Program-made: the position numbers and the translations under genes | In this document: in pieces, positions 1-9,547 of the stretch | How positions within the stretch are numbered: the stretch's first letter is position 1 | Layout of the letters: every line of letters starts with the position of its first letter | IMG/VR virus record: IMGVR_UViG_3300046660_000510 | Span: 1 to 64,000 of that record | DNA length: 64,000 nucleotides | Source of the DNA: a virus | Reading direction: 5' to 3' (one strand) | Notes under the pieces: generated by a model | Seen by the model: the letters and a program-made list of their open reading frames with translations, nothing else | Database searches by the model: none | What the model was told of the DNA's origin: nothing

Positions 1-123
1 CCCGGCTTGGCGGCCGGGGTCCAGCCGTTCACGGACTCCAGACCCGCAAGTCGGGCGCCTGTAGCCGGGGCGGTAGTCATCGGGATCGGTTCCTTCCGGT
101 GGTTCGGGCGGGGCGGTCTGGGG

Positions 124-336
124 TCAGTGGCTGTGGTGGATGGTGGGCTGGAGGACGGTGTCGGGGGCGGTGTTGGCGGCGAGGGCCTCGAGGGCGTCGG
201 CGATCCGGTCCAGGGCGGTCGCGGTGGCGAGGTGGGCGTGGACGTCGGCCTCGTGGAGCTGGCCGGCGCTGGGCCGGTTGAAGCCGTCGCGGGGGATGAG
301 GGCGAGGGCGGCGTTGCGGGCGTGGTCGTTGCTCAT
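124..336 (-). CDS. small hypothetical phage protein (70 aa)
   Basis: ORF with GAAGGA RBS, part of a run of minus-strand small genes. Confidence 0.6.
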   Translation of the reverse strand: MSNDHARNAALALIPRDGFNRPSAGQLHEADVHAHLATATALDRIADALEALAANTAPDTVLQPTIHHSH

Positions 337-360
337 GGGGTACGGGTGTCCTTCCGGTGG

Positions 361-552
361 TCAGGCGGCGGGGGTCGTCTGCGGGTCGGTGGGGGCCGTG
401 ACGGGCTGGTCGGCCCATACGGCGGCGGCCCGGATCAGGTTGTTGCGCCATCCGCCGGTCCAGGTGTGGTCGATGTCGGATCCGAGGATTTGGAAGGCCC
501 GCATGCGTGCCTCGTTGTCGGTGATGGTCGTCAGGTCGGTGGTGGTGGCCAT
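361..552 (-). CDS. small hypothetical phage protein (MATTTDLT..., 63 aa)
   Basis: ATG at 552 preceded by [10 protein letters not shown]. Confidence 0.6.
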   Translation of the reverse strand: MATTTDLTTITDNEARMRAFQILGSDIDHTWTGGWRNNLIRAAAVWADQPVTAPTDPQTTPAA

Positions 553-642
553 GGCGGGCTCCTTCCGGTGGTGCGGGGCGGGTGGTTGCTGGTCGTGCTC
601 GGCACCGGGCCACCGTGGCGGCTGACCCAGCACCGGGCGCGG

Positions 643-1020
643 TCAGAGCGGGTTGAGGGAGGGGCGATGGCTGATGGCTGCGCTGGTCTCTGCTGCGGGG
701 GTGCGAAGGTCCGAGTCGAGGAGCAGGAACGCGGCCTGCTCACCCCACTGCTGGACGTCCTTCTGCTGCTGGTCGGGGAGTTCGGCGATCGCGGGCTGGT
801 GCGGGGAGGCCAGGTTCTGGATGGCGAGGCCGATCGCGCCGACTCCGTCGGTGCCGTCGTGGATGCCGGCCAGACAGGCGATGACGGTCTGGATGCGGTC
901 GGCGGTGTGAGGGGTGGTGACCAGGTCGCGGATGGCGCCGCAGAACGGGACCAGCTCGGGAACCTCGGCCAGTTCCTGCAGCAGGCCGTCCAGGTCGGGG
1001 CCGATAGTGGCGCCCATCAC
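643..1020 (-). CDS. hypothetical protein
   Basis: ORF overlapping the upstream gene's stop; protein-like composition. Confidence 0.65.
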   Translation of the reverse strand: MMGATIGPDLDGLLQELAEVPELVPFCGAIRDLVTTPHTADRIQTVIACLAGIHDGTDGVGAIGLAIQNLASPHQPAIAELPDQQQKDVQQWGEQAAFLLLDSDLRTPAAETSAAISHRPSLNPL

Positions 1021-1355
1021 GCCTGGCCACCGTTCTTGAGGAACGCCTCGGCCTCGTCGCCGATGGACTCGATCTCGTCCTCGTCAATCGGAAGCGGGGC
1101 CGCGGCCGGCTCGCCGTCGAGGAGACGGCGTTCGGCAGGCACCACGAGCGCGATACCCATGGCGGCGTCGGCCAGGTTCTTCACGTCCTCCGCAGACAGC
1201 TTCACGTCGCCCGCGTACTGCCCGTTCGGCAGACGCAGAGTGAGGCGGAGGGCGAAGTCGCCGTCGTCGACGCTCATGTTGACGAGCTGGTGGTACAGCT
1301 CCAGCGCGGCGAGCTCTTCGCTGCTCGGCGGGACGTCGGGGATCTCGTCGGCCAT
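1017..1355 (-). CDS. hypothetical acidic protein
   Basis: coupled ORF in minus-strand operon. Confidence 0.65.
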   Translation of the reverse strand: MADEIPDVPPSSEELAALELYHQLVNMSVDDGDFALRLTLRLPNGQYAGDVKLSAEDVKNLADAAMGIALVVPAERRLLDGEPAAAPLPIDEDEIESIGDEAEAFLKNGGQA

Positions 1356-1655
1356 CTACGCCACCGCCTTCAGGACGCGGTCGCTGCCGGTCCAGACGGC
1401 GCCCGTGTAGTGGGCGGTGCCGGCGTGGAGGTCGACAACCTCGATGGCGAACTGAGCGGCGTTGCGGCGGAGGATGCGGCGGGCCTCGGACGGGTCGGTG
1501 ACGACCTGGAGGACCTCGAAGATGCCGGACGCGTTGTCGTAGACAGTGCCGGCCTGCCGCGGACCAATCTGGTCGGCGACCGGGCTGGGTGCGTCCTTGT
1601 GGACGAAGTCGCTGGGGTCGGCTGTGCGGGTTGCCATATGGCGGATACGATCCAT
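1356..1655 (-). CDS. hypothetical protein (start 1655 or 1637)
   Basis: C-terminal part of ORF 1356..2204 has normal codon usage; the upstream part overlaps the + strand HTH gene. Confidence 0.6.
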   Translation of the reverse strand: MDRIRHMATRTADPSDFVHKDAPSPVADQIGPRQAGTVYDNASGIFEVLQVVTDPSEARRILRRNAAQFAIEVVDLHAGTAHYTGAVWTGSDRVLKAVA

Positions 1656-1839
1656 AGCGGATCGGCCTCCCTGATATGTGCAGGTGGGCGGGTTCTTGTC
1701 CGTGGCGGTGTAGGAGCCGCTTCGGGACACGCGGCCCCGGTCCGGCAATTGCTGGCCGGGGTCGTTTCGTTGTGCTGATACGAGAGTCCCGCACCCCGTG
1801 GACTTTGTCAACAAGGTGCGGCATGATGAAGGAGAAGCG

Positions 1840-2109
1840 TTGACCAACGAGGAAGAGGAGGAGCCCCGCTTGCTGACCATTCCGGAGATCGCGGCGGACC
1901 GCGGTGTCAGTCGCCAACTGGTCCACCGGATCGCACAGTCAGATCCGGAGTTCCCTCCCCCCGTGATCACGCCAGGAAGCACGCGGGCGAAGTACCCGGC
2001 CGACAAGGTCGCCGAGTTCTTCGAGAACCGGGTGATCCGTCCGGGCCGGCGTACAGACCTGGAAGTCAGGCAGAGACGGGAGGACCCGAGATCGGACGAC
2101 AAGGACTGA
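1840..2109 (+). CDS. AlpA/excisionase-like HTH DNA-binding protein
   Basis: LLTIPEIAADRGVSRQLVHRI...FPPP motif; TTG start after AAGGAG. Confidence 0.75.
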   Translation: MTNEEEEEPRLLTIPEIAADRGVSRQLVHRIAQSDPEFPPPVITPGSTRAKYPADKVAEFFENRVIRPGRRTDLEVRQRREDPRSDDKD

Positions 2110-2294
2110 CGAGTCGTCTGCATGGCCCCTCCGGTTTCGTCGATCAGTGCTGACCCCATGCCAGCACCAGCCGCACTCCCTGGGGTTGAGGCCACTGTTG
2201 GCAATCAGGCCCACGACGATTTGCCAACAGACAAAGACCACGAACAGGGCACCAAGCCCTCCCGGCGAGATGAGAGAGGAGGAAGACTCGGCGC

Positions 2295-3500
2295 ATGACG
2301 ACCTTCCCGGAACTGCTCCGCGAGTGGCGCCTGGCTGCCCACATGTCCCTTGCGGACCTGGCCCAGCGCGTCCGCTACGACCGCACGTCGCTGCACAACT
2401 TCGAGACCGGCCGTCGGCCGACCCCGCGGTGTGTGGCGGAGGCCGCGGACGAGGCGACCGGAGCGAACGGCGCGCTGGTGGAGGCGTGGAACCGGGAGGA
2501 CTTGCAGCGGCGGGAGGCTGCGGCGACGCACCGGGTGAGGGCTGCGGCCCTGGCCATGACGCGGGATCTGACCGCACTGGCGGACCTGGACATCGCGGAG
2601 CTGCAGGACGGTGTGGCCGTTACGGCGGTCGACTATCTGGCGTCTCCCCCGGGTCCGATGATGGACCGGGCGCACGTGCTGCGCGGTGAGGCGTTCGAGC
2701 GGATCCGGTCTGGGCATCACCGCCCGGCTGACCGGTCCGATCTGTACGTGGCCGCGGGCAGGTTGTCCGGGGTGCTGTCGTACGCGCTGCTGGATATGGG
2801 CGACGCGGAGGAGGCGCTCGAGCACGCCACCGCGGCGGGCCGGTGCGCCGAGTTTGCCGGGGACGCCGAGCTGGCGGCCTGGGTGGCCGGGACGAAGTCG
2901 CTGATCGCTCGCTTCCAGGGCGACTACGGGCGCGCCCTGGAGTATGTGCGGGACGGCTACCAGTGGGTCGGTGCCGGGCACGGCACCGGTGAGGCGCGTC
3001 TGCGCTGTGGTGAGGCCCAGTGCCTCGCGAACCTCGGTGACAGCCGGGCCGCGAACCAGGCCCTGGACGGCGCCGAAGCAGCGCGCGAGCGGATCCGCAG
3101 GCCGGACACCCTGGAGGGACTGTTCGGGTTCTCGAGGGCGAAGCAGTCTTACTACGCCGGAAGCAGTCTGATCTGGCTGCAGGGCGGGCATGACGCGGAG
3201 CGTGCGGCGCGGGAAGCCCTCGAGGCGATCGCGCTGTGGCAGTCCGGTCCGGTGGAGGAACGGTCGCTGGATGACGAGCGGCTCGCCCACATCTACCTCG
3301 CCACCGCGCGGGTGCAGCTCGATGACGTGGAGGGCGCGGCCGATGCCCTGATCCCGGTCCTGTCGTTGCCAGTGGAAGACCAGATTTCGTGGATCGTGAA
3401 GCGCATGGACCGGATCGCGGGAATGCTCGGTGCTCCCCGGTACGCCGGTAACCAGACCGCTTCCGAGACGGTCGAACAGATCAACGCCCTCGCGGCGTGA
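2295..3500 (+). CDS. XRE-family HTH regulator with helical/TPR-like C-terminus
   Basis: LREWRLAAHMSLADLAQRVRYDRTSLHNFETGRR HTH_XRE; Ala-rich helical repeats. Confidence 0.85.
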   Translation: MTTFPELLREWRLAAHMSLADLAQRVRYDRTSLHNFETGRRPTPRCVAEAADEATGANGALVEAWNREDLQRREAAATHRVRAAALAMTRDLTALADLDIAELQDGVAVTAVDYLASPPGPMMDRAHVLRGEAFERIRSGHHRPADRSDLYVAAGRLSGVLSYALLDMGDAEEALEHATAAGRCAEFAGDAELAAWVAGTKSLIARFQGDYGRALEYVRDGYQWVGAGHGTGEARLRCGEAQCLANLGDSRAANQALDGAEAARERIRRPDTLEGLFGFSRAKQSYYAGSSLIWLQGGHDAERAAREALEAIALWQSGPVEERSLDDERLAHIYLATARVQLDDVEGAADALIPVLSLPVEDQISWIVKRMDRIAGMLGAPRYAGNQTASETVEQINALAA

Positions 3501-3606
3501 GAGGAGAGGACAAGGTGCGATCACCGCCCTGAACAGCAGAAACGGCCGCTCGGTGGCTAGACCGACGACCGTTCCCGCGCCGGCGTACTGCGAATACGAC
3601 ACGGCG

Positions 3607-4002
3607 ATGACAGCCCAATCCTCTGCAAGGAAGGCAGCCGAGATGACTCTACTTGTTGGCGATCCTCCCGCGCTGCCCCCGTTCGCTCCGGGGAGGAGCG
3701 CGTTGAAGCAGCCTGATCCGAGAACGGTGGACGCCATCCCGCCCGTCGTGACGTTCGCAACCGGAGCCGACCTCTTGGTCCGCCTCGGCCTCGCGAAGAA
3801 CATGACCCGCGAGGGCGTACGCCGCGTCTCCAAGCACCCCGAGTGGCCGTTCGGACCGGACCGCCCGTACCCGTACTGGGATCTGGCGAACGCCGACGTC
3901 ATGGAGACCGAGCCGTTCCTGAAGTTCTTCCGGGACCACCCCGTCGTGGGGCGCGGCCCGGACAAGGAGCCACGCCGCAGCAAGGCCACTGGCCAGCAAT
4001 AA
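3607..4002 (+). CDS. hypothetical protein, possibly DNA-binding
   Basis: ORF between regulator and replication gene; TREGVRRVSK...WPFG. Confidence 0.6.
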   Translation: MTAQSSARKAAEMTLLVGDPPALPPFAPGRSALKQPDPRTVDAIPPVVTFATGADLLVRLGLAKNMTREGVRRVSKHPEWPFGPDRPYPYWDLANADVMETEPFLKFFRDHPVVGRGPDKEPRRSKATGQQ

Positions 4003-4248
4003 AGGTCGCGTACTCCGATCAGCTCAGATCGCAGCCTGAGCCCGGAAACGCCGAACGGCCGGCTAGAGGTCGCAGCGCCTCATACCGGCCGTCCAAAGCA
4101 CAACCAGCGGATTGGCGTCCGCTGGCCAAATGAAGCACCACATGTCGGAACGAGGCTTCATGCCCAGAGTAGCGGCTACCGGCGTATCGCCAAGTAGTCA
4201 CCCCCAGCAGATGCGCCAAGAAAGCCCCACGGTGTCGGAGGTGACACG

Positions 4249-5589
4249 GTGAGGAAGCGCGTCTCTCGCCCCTACCGTTTCGCGGCCGTCGAGAACGCCG
4301 CAATCGACGCTCTCCCGTCCATCCTGAGCATCGGCCTGCTGACCCGCCTCATCCGCGCCCAGGACGGCGACGACGTCACCGTCGAGTCTCTGTCCACCGA
4401 CTACGACGAGGGCGAGAAGGCCCTCACGAAGGCTATGCGGGCGCTCGTCGAAGACGCCTACGTCGTCAAGTTCAAGATCCAGCGCGCCACCACGGAGAAG
4501 ATCCTCGAGGACGGCCAGGAGATCGTCAAGCGCGGGGGGTCCTGGTACACGACGTTCAGCGTGGACTCTGTCCCGTTCAGCGCCGAGGACGTCGCCGAGA
4601 TGCTGAAGGCGATCTACGCGGAGGGCAACGTGAAGAGCCACCGGGTGGAACCTACCCGCCTGGACCCTCGAGGCAGGCCCCCGCTTCCTGCTCCGCGACC
4701 GACACCGCCTTTGGGGGGTGTCGGTGCGACCTGCGGAAACGAGGTAAACCCGCAGGTGCGACCGACACCCCCTTCACCGGGGGTCGGTCAGGGGGGTGCT
4801 CATATAAGGAAGAAGACTTCTTTGCCGGGAGACGAGGAAGAGAAAGACGATGCGCCTTCAGCGCGGAGCGCTGTGGACGTCCGTAGGACTTCTTCTACCG
4901 GTAGTAGCGCGTGTGAGGCTGAAGGCGGCTTCGCCGCGTCCAGCAAAGATCACCCATCCTCGGAGCCGCAGGACAGTCAGGCGCAGGCCAAGACAAGCAG
5001 CAGCAAGGCCAGGCACACCAGGCAGCAGTTGGACGTCGTACGGGCCGTACGCGCCCTCTTCCCGACCGATCTGCTCGCCGCTCCCCTGCCCGACGTACCC
5101 GTCCTGTCGCAGGCGATCCTGGACGCACTCGCAGGAGACGTCCCGGCCGCGGACCGGACGGTGGAGCAGCTCGGCAAGCGCATCGAGCAGCGGTGGAACC
5201 ACCACGGCTGGGCGAGCAAGTTCTACGCCGGGCAGGTCGACAGTCTGGTCGGTGCCGCGGTGGCGATGGTGCGGCCGCTGAAGCCCACGGACCGGGACGG
5301 GTGCGGGAACCCGCGCTGCGAGGCCGGGAAGGACGTCGACACGGGCGTGGACTGCCACGTGTGCCCCGAGCGGATCGCCGCCCGGAAGCGGGCCCGTAAG
5401 GCCGACGCTGCACCGGAAGCGCCCGGTCCGTTGCCGACGCCTCGAACTCCCGTGCAGGTCGTGACGTTCCGGGAGTGCGCCTGCCGCAACCCGATCCCGA
5501 AGAACAGCGACGACACCCTGTGCCGGGAATGCCGGCGGGAGGCTGACCAGGGCGCCCTCGTGGGTGTTCAGGGACCTGCACCGTTCTGA
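4249..5589 (+). CDS. putative phage replication initiator (N-terminal wHTH, C-terminal Cys clusters)
   Basis: FAAVENAAID..LSIGLL..TVESL..GEKALTKAMRALVEDAYV resembles the N-termini of actinophage rep proteins; internal hairpin cluster. Confidence 0.6.
   Translation: MRKRVSRPYRFAAVENAAIDALPSILSIGLLTRLIRAQDGDDVTVESLSTDYDEGEKALTKAMRALVEDAYVVKFKIQRATTEKILEDGQEIVKRGGSWYTTFSVDSVPFSAEDVAEMLKAIYAEGNVKSHRVEPTRLDPRGRPPLPAPRPTPPLGGVGATCGNEVNPQVRPTPPSPGVGQGGAHIRKKTSLPGDEEEKDDAPSARSAVDVRRTSSTGSSACEAEGGFAASSKDHPSSEPQDSQAQAKTSSSKARHTRQQLDVVRAVRALFPTDLLAAPLPDVPVLSQAILDALAGDVPAADRTVEQLGKRIEQRWNHHGWASKFYAGQVDSLVGAAVAMVRPLKPTDRDGCGNPRCEAGKDVDTGVDCHVCPERIAARKRARKADAAPEAPGPLPTPRTPVQVVTFRECACRNPIPKNSDDTLCRECRREADQGALVGVQGPAPF
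4695..4822. repeat. iteron/hairpin cluster inside the rep-like gene (candidate origin)
   Basis: two GCGACCGACACC..GTCGGT inverted repeats flank ACCTGCGG..CCGCAGGT, followed by A/T-rich CATATAAGGAAGAAGACTTCTTT. Confidence 0.5.
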
Positions 5590-5602
5590 TAAGGACCAGC
5601 AG

Positions 5603-5629
5603 TGCGGGGCGCACGCAGGTGCGCCCCGC
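5603..5629 (+). terminator. GC hairpin between rep and HNH genes
   Basis: GCGGGGCGCAC-GCAG-GTGCGCCCCGC. Confidence 0.4.
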
Positions 5630-5658
5630 TGAACACCATCTTCTAGGGGGGATCAGTC

Positions 5659-6741
5659 ATGGCTGTAACGAAGAGGCTGCGATACGAGATTCTGCGGCGG
5701 GACAACCACACCTGCCGCTACTGCGGGGCATCGGCACCCGACGTGAAGCTGACCGTCGATCACGTGATCCCCCAGGCTTTGGGCGGCAGCGATGAGCCGT
5801 CCAACCTGGTGACGGCATGCGATCCCTGCAACAGCGGGAAAACCTCAATCCCCGCCGACGCGCCCATCGTCGCCAACGTGGCGGACGACGCTCTCCGCTG
5901 GGCGGCCGCCATAGACAGGGCAGCCGAGCTTGCCCACGAGAAGTACCAGGTTCGTCTGGACTACCGGAACACCTTCCGCCAGGCGTGGGACGACTGGAAG
6001 ACCGGTCCCGAGAAAGAGCAGAAGTCTGTCCCGCTAGACGCCAACTGGGAGACCAGCCTGGACAACTTCTATGAGGCCGGCCTGCCCGACTGGGAATTGA
6101 CGGAGGCCGTGCGGGCCGCGATGACCAACCAGAAGGTCGTCCCAGACAACACCTTCCGGTACTTCGCTGGGATCTGCTGGACGAAGATCCGACAGATGCA
6201 GGACCAAGCCCGCCAGATCATCGACTCCAGCCCGGTCCCGCCCGGCCGTGCGGTGATCAACAAGGTCGTCGACGAGACTGCCCAGCTTTGGCTCGCCGCC
6301 TACCAGGCCAGATGCAAGGACAAGGACATCGACTGCTCCAACGTGACCAGCGACGGTGCTGCGCAGGTCGTAGCGGCTCTCCTCGAACAGGGCTACTCCG
6401 CCGATCGGGTTTCGAAAGCCGCCGAACAGGCAGGCGAGCGGCTCACAACCAACCTGGCGGAGCACCTCCACGGCAGTCAGGGGGACTTCACCATGGACGC
6501 CATGACTGCCTGGGTAGCGGCGTGGAATGACGCCGATACGGAAGGCCCGCGGTGGCGTTCGTGGGTCCCCCCTGTGAAGGCGTGGGCCGACTTCAAGATT
6601 GAACTTCAGGGGGCCATTTCTGCTGGCTTGCTGGACGAAGACATTCTGACGGCCTGCAATGCAGCTGGGGGGAGGCACGAGGCCCTACTGCTTGGCCTTC
6701 CCGACTGGGACGGACGCTGGGAGAGGCTTGGAGTGGCCTGA
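5659..6741 (+). CDS. HNH endonuclease-domain protein with long C-terminal extension
   Basis: RYEILRRDNHTCRYCG...LTVDHVIPQALGGSDEPSNLVTACDPCNSGK. Confidence 0.85.
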   Translation: MAVTKRLRYEILRRDNHTCRYCGASAPDVKLTVDHVIPQALGGSDEPSNLVTACDPCNSGKTSIPADAPIVANVADDALRWAAAIDRAAELAHEKYQVRLDYRNTFRQAWDDWKTGPEKEQKSVPLDANWETSLDNFYEAGLPDWELTEAVRAAMTNQKVVPDNTFRYFAGICWTKIRQMQDQARQIIDSSPVPPGRAVINKVVDETAQLWLAAYQARCKDKDIDCSNVTSDGAAQVVAALLEQGYSADRVSKAAEQAGERLTTNLAEHLHGSQGDFTMDAMTAWVAAWNDADTEGPRWRSWVPPVKAWADFKIELQGAISAGLLDEDILTACNAAGGRHEALLLGLPDWDGRWERLGVA

Positions 6742-6784
6742 CCAACCGTCCACGGCGCCCCAGGCTTCGGGTCTGGGACGTCGG

Positions 6785-6946
6785 TCAGGCTTCGGTCCAG
6801 GGCGGGTCCGGCGTGATGTTGATGGAGCCACAGTGCCAGCAGGCCCATTCATCATCGACGCGATACAGCTCCCGCCAAAATCCGGCCGGCCTTCCCCATA
6901 CGGTGCAGTCCGCCTCGCACCACCAGCACACGAACAGGAAGTACAC
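6785..6946 (-). CDS. small Zn-ribbon protein
   Basis: CWWC...CWHC; GTG after purine-rich RBS. Confidence 0.5.
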   Translation of the reverse strand: MYFLFVCWWCEADCTVWGRPAGFWRELYRVDDEWACWHCGSINITPDPPWTEA

Positions 6947-6981
6947 CCGGCCCCCTTTGTGCGTGGCCCACGCCACACCCG

Positions 6982-7019
6982 CTCTTGTATTGCGTACGTA
7001 ATAGAAGATGGGCTAGAGT
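6982..7019 (+). promoter_or_regulatory. conserved operator-promoter copy 1
   Basis: CTCTTGTATTGCGTACGTAATAGAAGATGGGCTAGAGT; TTGCGT-N18-TAGAGT. Confidence 0.75.
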
Positions 7020-7219
7020 CTTACCCGTACCCAGAACCAGCCGAACGGCCCGCCCCCACGATAGGAGACCTTCCCAAAACCCCCAACCCCCCACAACCCC
7101 ACCAGCAGGGCCCACCCGTCACCCCCCGGGTGGGCCCTCCCGCTTTCCGGGGGAGCGTTGTCAGTCCCGTACAGCACCATAAATCCCGAGAACGCCCAAC
7201 ACCGGCTTGGAGGCCAGCA

Positions 7220-7936
7220 TTGGACGCAGCAGACTTCTCCGCCCTCACCGACGACCAGTACTCCGACATCCTGTCCGGCCAGGTCCACCCGAAGTTCCGC
7301 GACCCGGCCGTGTGGAGCGCGCTCACCAGCCCCGGGAACTTCGAACGCACTCGCACCGTGCTGGTGAACATCCACCAGCGGACCGAGAACACGCTGCGGC
7401 GGAAGAAGTCCGAGCGGGATGCGTTCGAGCAGGAGTGCCGGGCCCGCGGCGCGGCAGGCAAAGCCGCATGGTTTGAGAGCCGGCCCGCGTACGAGGATTC
7501 CCGGCGCAAGACCGCCGCGTTCCATCAGAAGGTGCTGGCCGCGATCTCTGAACTGGGCAAGCTGAGCAAGGACCGCAACCGGGCGGACAACCACAAGAAC
7601 ATCAACGAGGCCCGGGAGACGCTGCGGAAAATGGCGGTGCAGGTGCAGCGGCACCAGGCGATGCACGCCAAGTCGGGGACGATCGCCGGTCAGGAGGACT
7701 ACGAGTTGTGGCAGCTCCTGGACCGTCTCACCGTGCCGTACGGCCCGAACCGGGAGCCCACCAGCTTGCGGACGATGCTCGACTTCTACTGGACCGACGT
7801 GGAACCGACGACGCCGTCCAGTGAGGAGCGGGCGGCCGCGGAGCGCACGATGCGGCAGGCGCCGGCCGGGCGCTCCGCCCAGTACGCGGGCGTTCCGCGG
7901 GCTCGGCACGTCGGCAGCGACAAGCCCCTCACCTAG
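7220..7936 (+). CDS. hypothetical coiled-coil protein
   Basis: TTG after GGAGG RBS, in frame with ORF 6659..7936. Confidence 0.65.
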   Translation: MDAADFSALTDDQYSDILSGQVHPKFRDPAVWSALTSPGNFERTRTVLVNIHQRTENTLRRKKSERDAFEQECRARGAAGKAAWFESRPAYEDSRRKTAAFHQKVLAAISELGKLSKDRNRADNHKNINEARETLRKMAVQVQRHQAMHAKSGTIAGQEDYELWQLLDRLTVPYGPNREPTSLRTMLDFYWTDVEPTTPSSEERAAAERTMRQAPAGRSAQYAGVPRARHVGSDKPLT

Positions 7937-8086
7937 CCAGTCCCGGCCCGGCCATCGTCCTGTGCGGTGTCCGGGCCGCTGTACGCCCCGTGGGGCGTCT
8001 CGAGTCGGCTCCCGCCACCCGATCCCCCGCCGTCCCGGCCGGTTCGCGCTCTACCCCCGCCCAGTCCGCTCGTTGACCCTCGAACC

Positions 8087-8344
8087 ATGGGCGCTGGGGA
8101 GCAGCTCAACACGTGCGAGGGATGCGGGAAGCCGGACGGGCATGCCCGCCGGGTCCGAGACCTCGGCCTGCCGAACCCGCTCGCACTGTGCGGGGACTGC
8201 CTCGAGCACGCCCTGCGGTCGTGGACGGGTGCCGATCCGGTGCCGTTGACGACGTCCGAGGTGGAGCGGGCAGCCGCGGCGGGGATGGACCCGCGGATGC
8301 TGCGCCGGCGCCTCGACACCGCCCGCAAGGGCGATACCGCCTGA
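8087..8344 (+). CDS. small Zn-finger-like hypothetical protein
   Basis: CEGC...CGDC. Confidence 0.55.
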   Translation: MGAGEQLNTCEGCGKPDGHARRVRDLGLPNPLALCGDCLEHALRSWTGADPVPLTTSEVERAAAAGMDPRMLRRRLDTARKGDTA

Positions 8345-8433
8345 ACCGGGCCAGGTGTCCGGTTCGCGTCCTACCGGCTGACGTTCGGCGCGCGCATTCT
8401 GACCGCGGGGAAGCAGCAGGCGGAGGGGCGGGG

Positions 8434-8556
8434 ATGGCGAAGCGACGGCGGCCGCAACCACGAGACAACCGGGGCCGGTTCACGAAGACGGGCTTCCCGG
8501 CGTGGCTGGCCGTTCTGGTGGCTGTGGTCCTGGTGGCCTACGTCGTCGGGAAGTAG
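8434..8556 (+). CDS. 40-aa membrane peptide
   Basis: basic N-terminus plus hydrophobic WLAVLVAVVLVAYVV. Confidence 0.5.
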   Translation: MAKRRRPQPRDNRGRFTKTGFPAWLAVLVAVVLVAYVVGK

Positions 8557-8611
8557 CCGGGGATCTCGGAGTTCGCCCGCGTTGTCGGTGGCCGCTGCCA
8601 GACTGGCCGCC

Positions 8612-8896
8612 ATGAACGAAATCCCCCTGGATCCTGCCGCGGCCGCCACGGTGCACTACGTTGATCGACGCGTTCGCCAACTCGCCGAAGCACGGTGGCG
8701 CCTCAAAACCGGCGGCACACGCGACGCATGGCTGGCCCTCGGCAAGGACAACCCCGAGGCGCTGATCAGAGAGGCGCGCGACTGGATGCGGGCCGCCGTA
8801 GGCGCCGGCCTGCTCCCACCACCCGAGCCGAACCCGACCTTCGCCCTGTACGACCAGATGAAGGCCGACCAGGCCGCCGGACGGGAGCAGCGCTGA
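8612..8896 (+). CDS. hypothetical protein
   Basis: ORF coupled (TGATG) to the next gene. Confidence 0.6.
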   Translation: MNEIPLDPAAAATVHYVDRRVRQLAEARWRLKTGGTRDAWLALGKDNPEALIREARDWMRAAVGAGLLPPPEPNPTFALYDQMKADQAAGREQR

Positions 8897-9294
8897 TGGA
8901 CCTGAACCGCACCCCTGCCGAGATCGCGAGCGCAGCCGCGGAGGAGGTCCGCGCCCTCAACCACAGGACCCTGGACCCGAAGGCGTTCACGCAGCCCGGG
9001 GACGTGTCCGACGTTGCCGACGCGGTCGCCACCCTCGTGCAACGCCTCCCGCAGACGCTGAAACAGTTGGAAGCCGGCCTACGCGCCCTGGACGACCGTG
9101 ACGCGATCCGCCTGGACGACATCCGGGAGGGGTACGCGTCCCAGAAGGACATCAGCGACCGGGTGTCCGCCGTCCTCAGCGCACTCCGGGACGCCAGCGA
9201 GGACCTGTCACAGGCGCACGCCACGCTGCAGCGTGCGACCAGCCCCCTGTCCCACATGGGCGGCCAGTGGGAAGACGAGGACGACGAAGCCTGA
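8896..9294 (+). CDS. hypothetical helical protein
   Basis: ATG overlaps the upstream stop. Confidence 0.65.
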   Translation: MDLNRTPAEIASAAAEEVRALNHRTLDPKAFTQPGDVSDVADAVATLVQRLPQTLKQLEAGLRALDDRDAIRLDDIREGYASQKDISDRVSAVLSALRDASEDLSQAHATLQRATSPLSHMGGQWEDEDDEA

Positions 9295-9352
9295 TCCGGC
9301 TCCAAGGAAACGCTGGTTGACCGCCCTCAGGCTCTACGGTCTGGGGGCGTCG

Positions 9353-9547
9353 TCATGCCGCGGTGTCGTCGTCCGCAGTCGGGAGGTCGTTGTGGCCCTC
9401 CGACCAGTGGTTCACCCACCCACACAGGCAAGAGTAGCGCCCGTTGATTCCGGAGATCTGCGTGCCGCAGCCGCGGCAGTCCGTCGTGGTGATCTCCTGC
9501 CCGCTCAGGAACTCCGCGGCCGGCGTGCCGGGTGGGGTGACTGTCAT
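9353..9547 (-). CDS. small Zn-ribbon protein
   Basis: CRGC...CLCGW. Confidence 0.55.
   Translation of the reverse strand: MTVTPPGTPAAEFLSGQEITTTDCRGCGTQISGINGRYSCLCGWVNHWSEGHNDLPTADDDTAA

Noticed and set aside
7-1410. 467-aa + strand ORF and similar long ORFs (2205-3989, 30628-31923, 45786-47150, 48041-49603, 56142-58358)
   Set aside because: Antisense shadows of real genes in high-GC DNA, with low-complexity Gly/Arg/Ala/Pro/Val translations.
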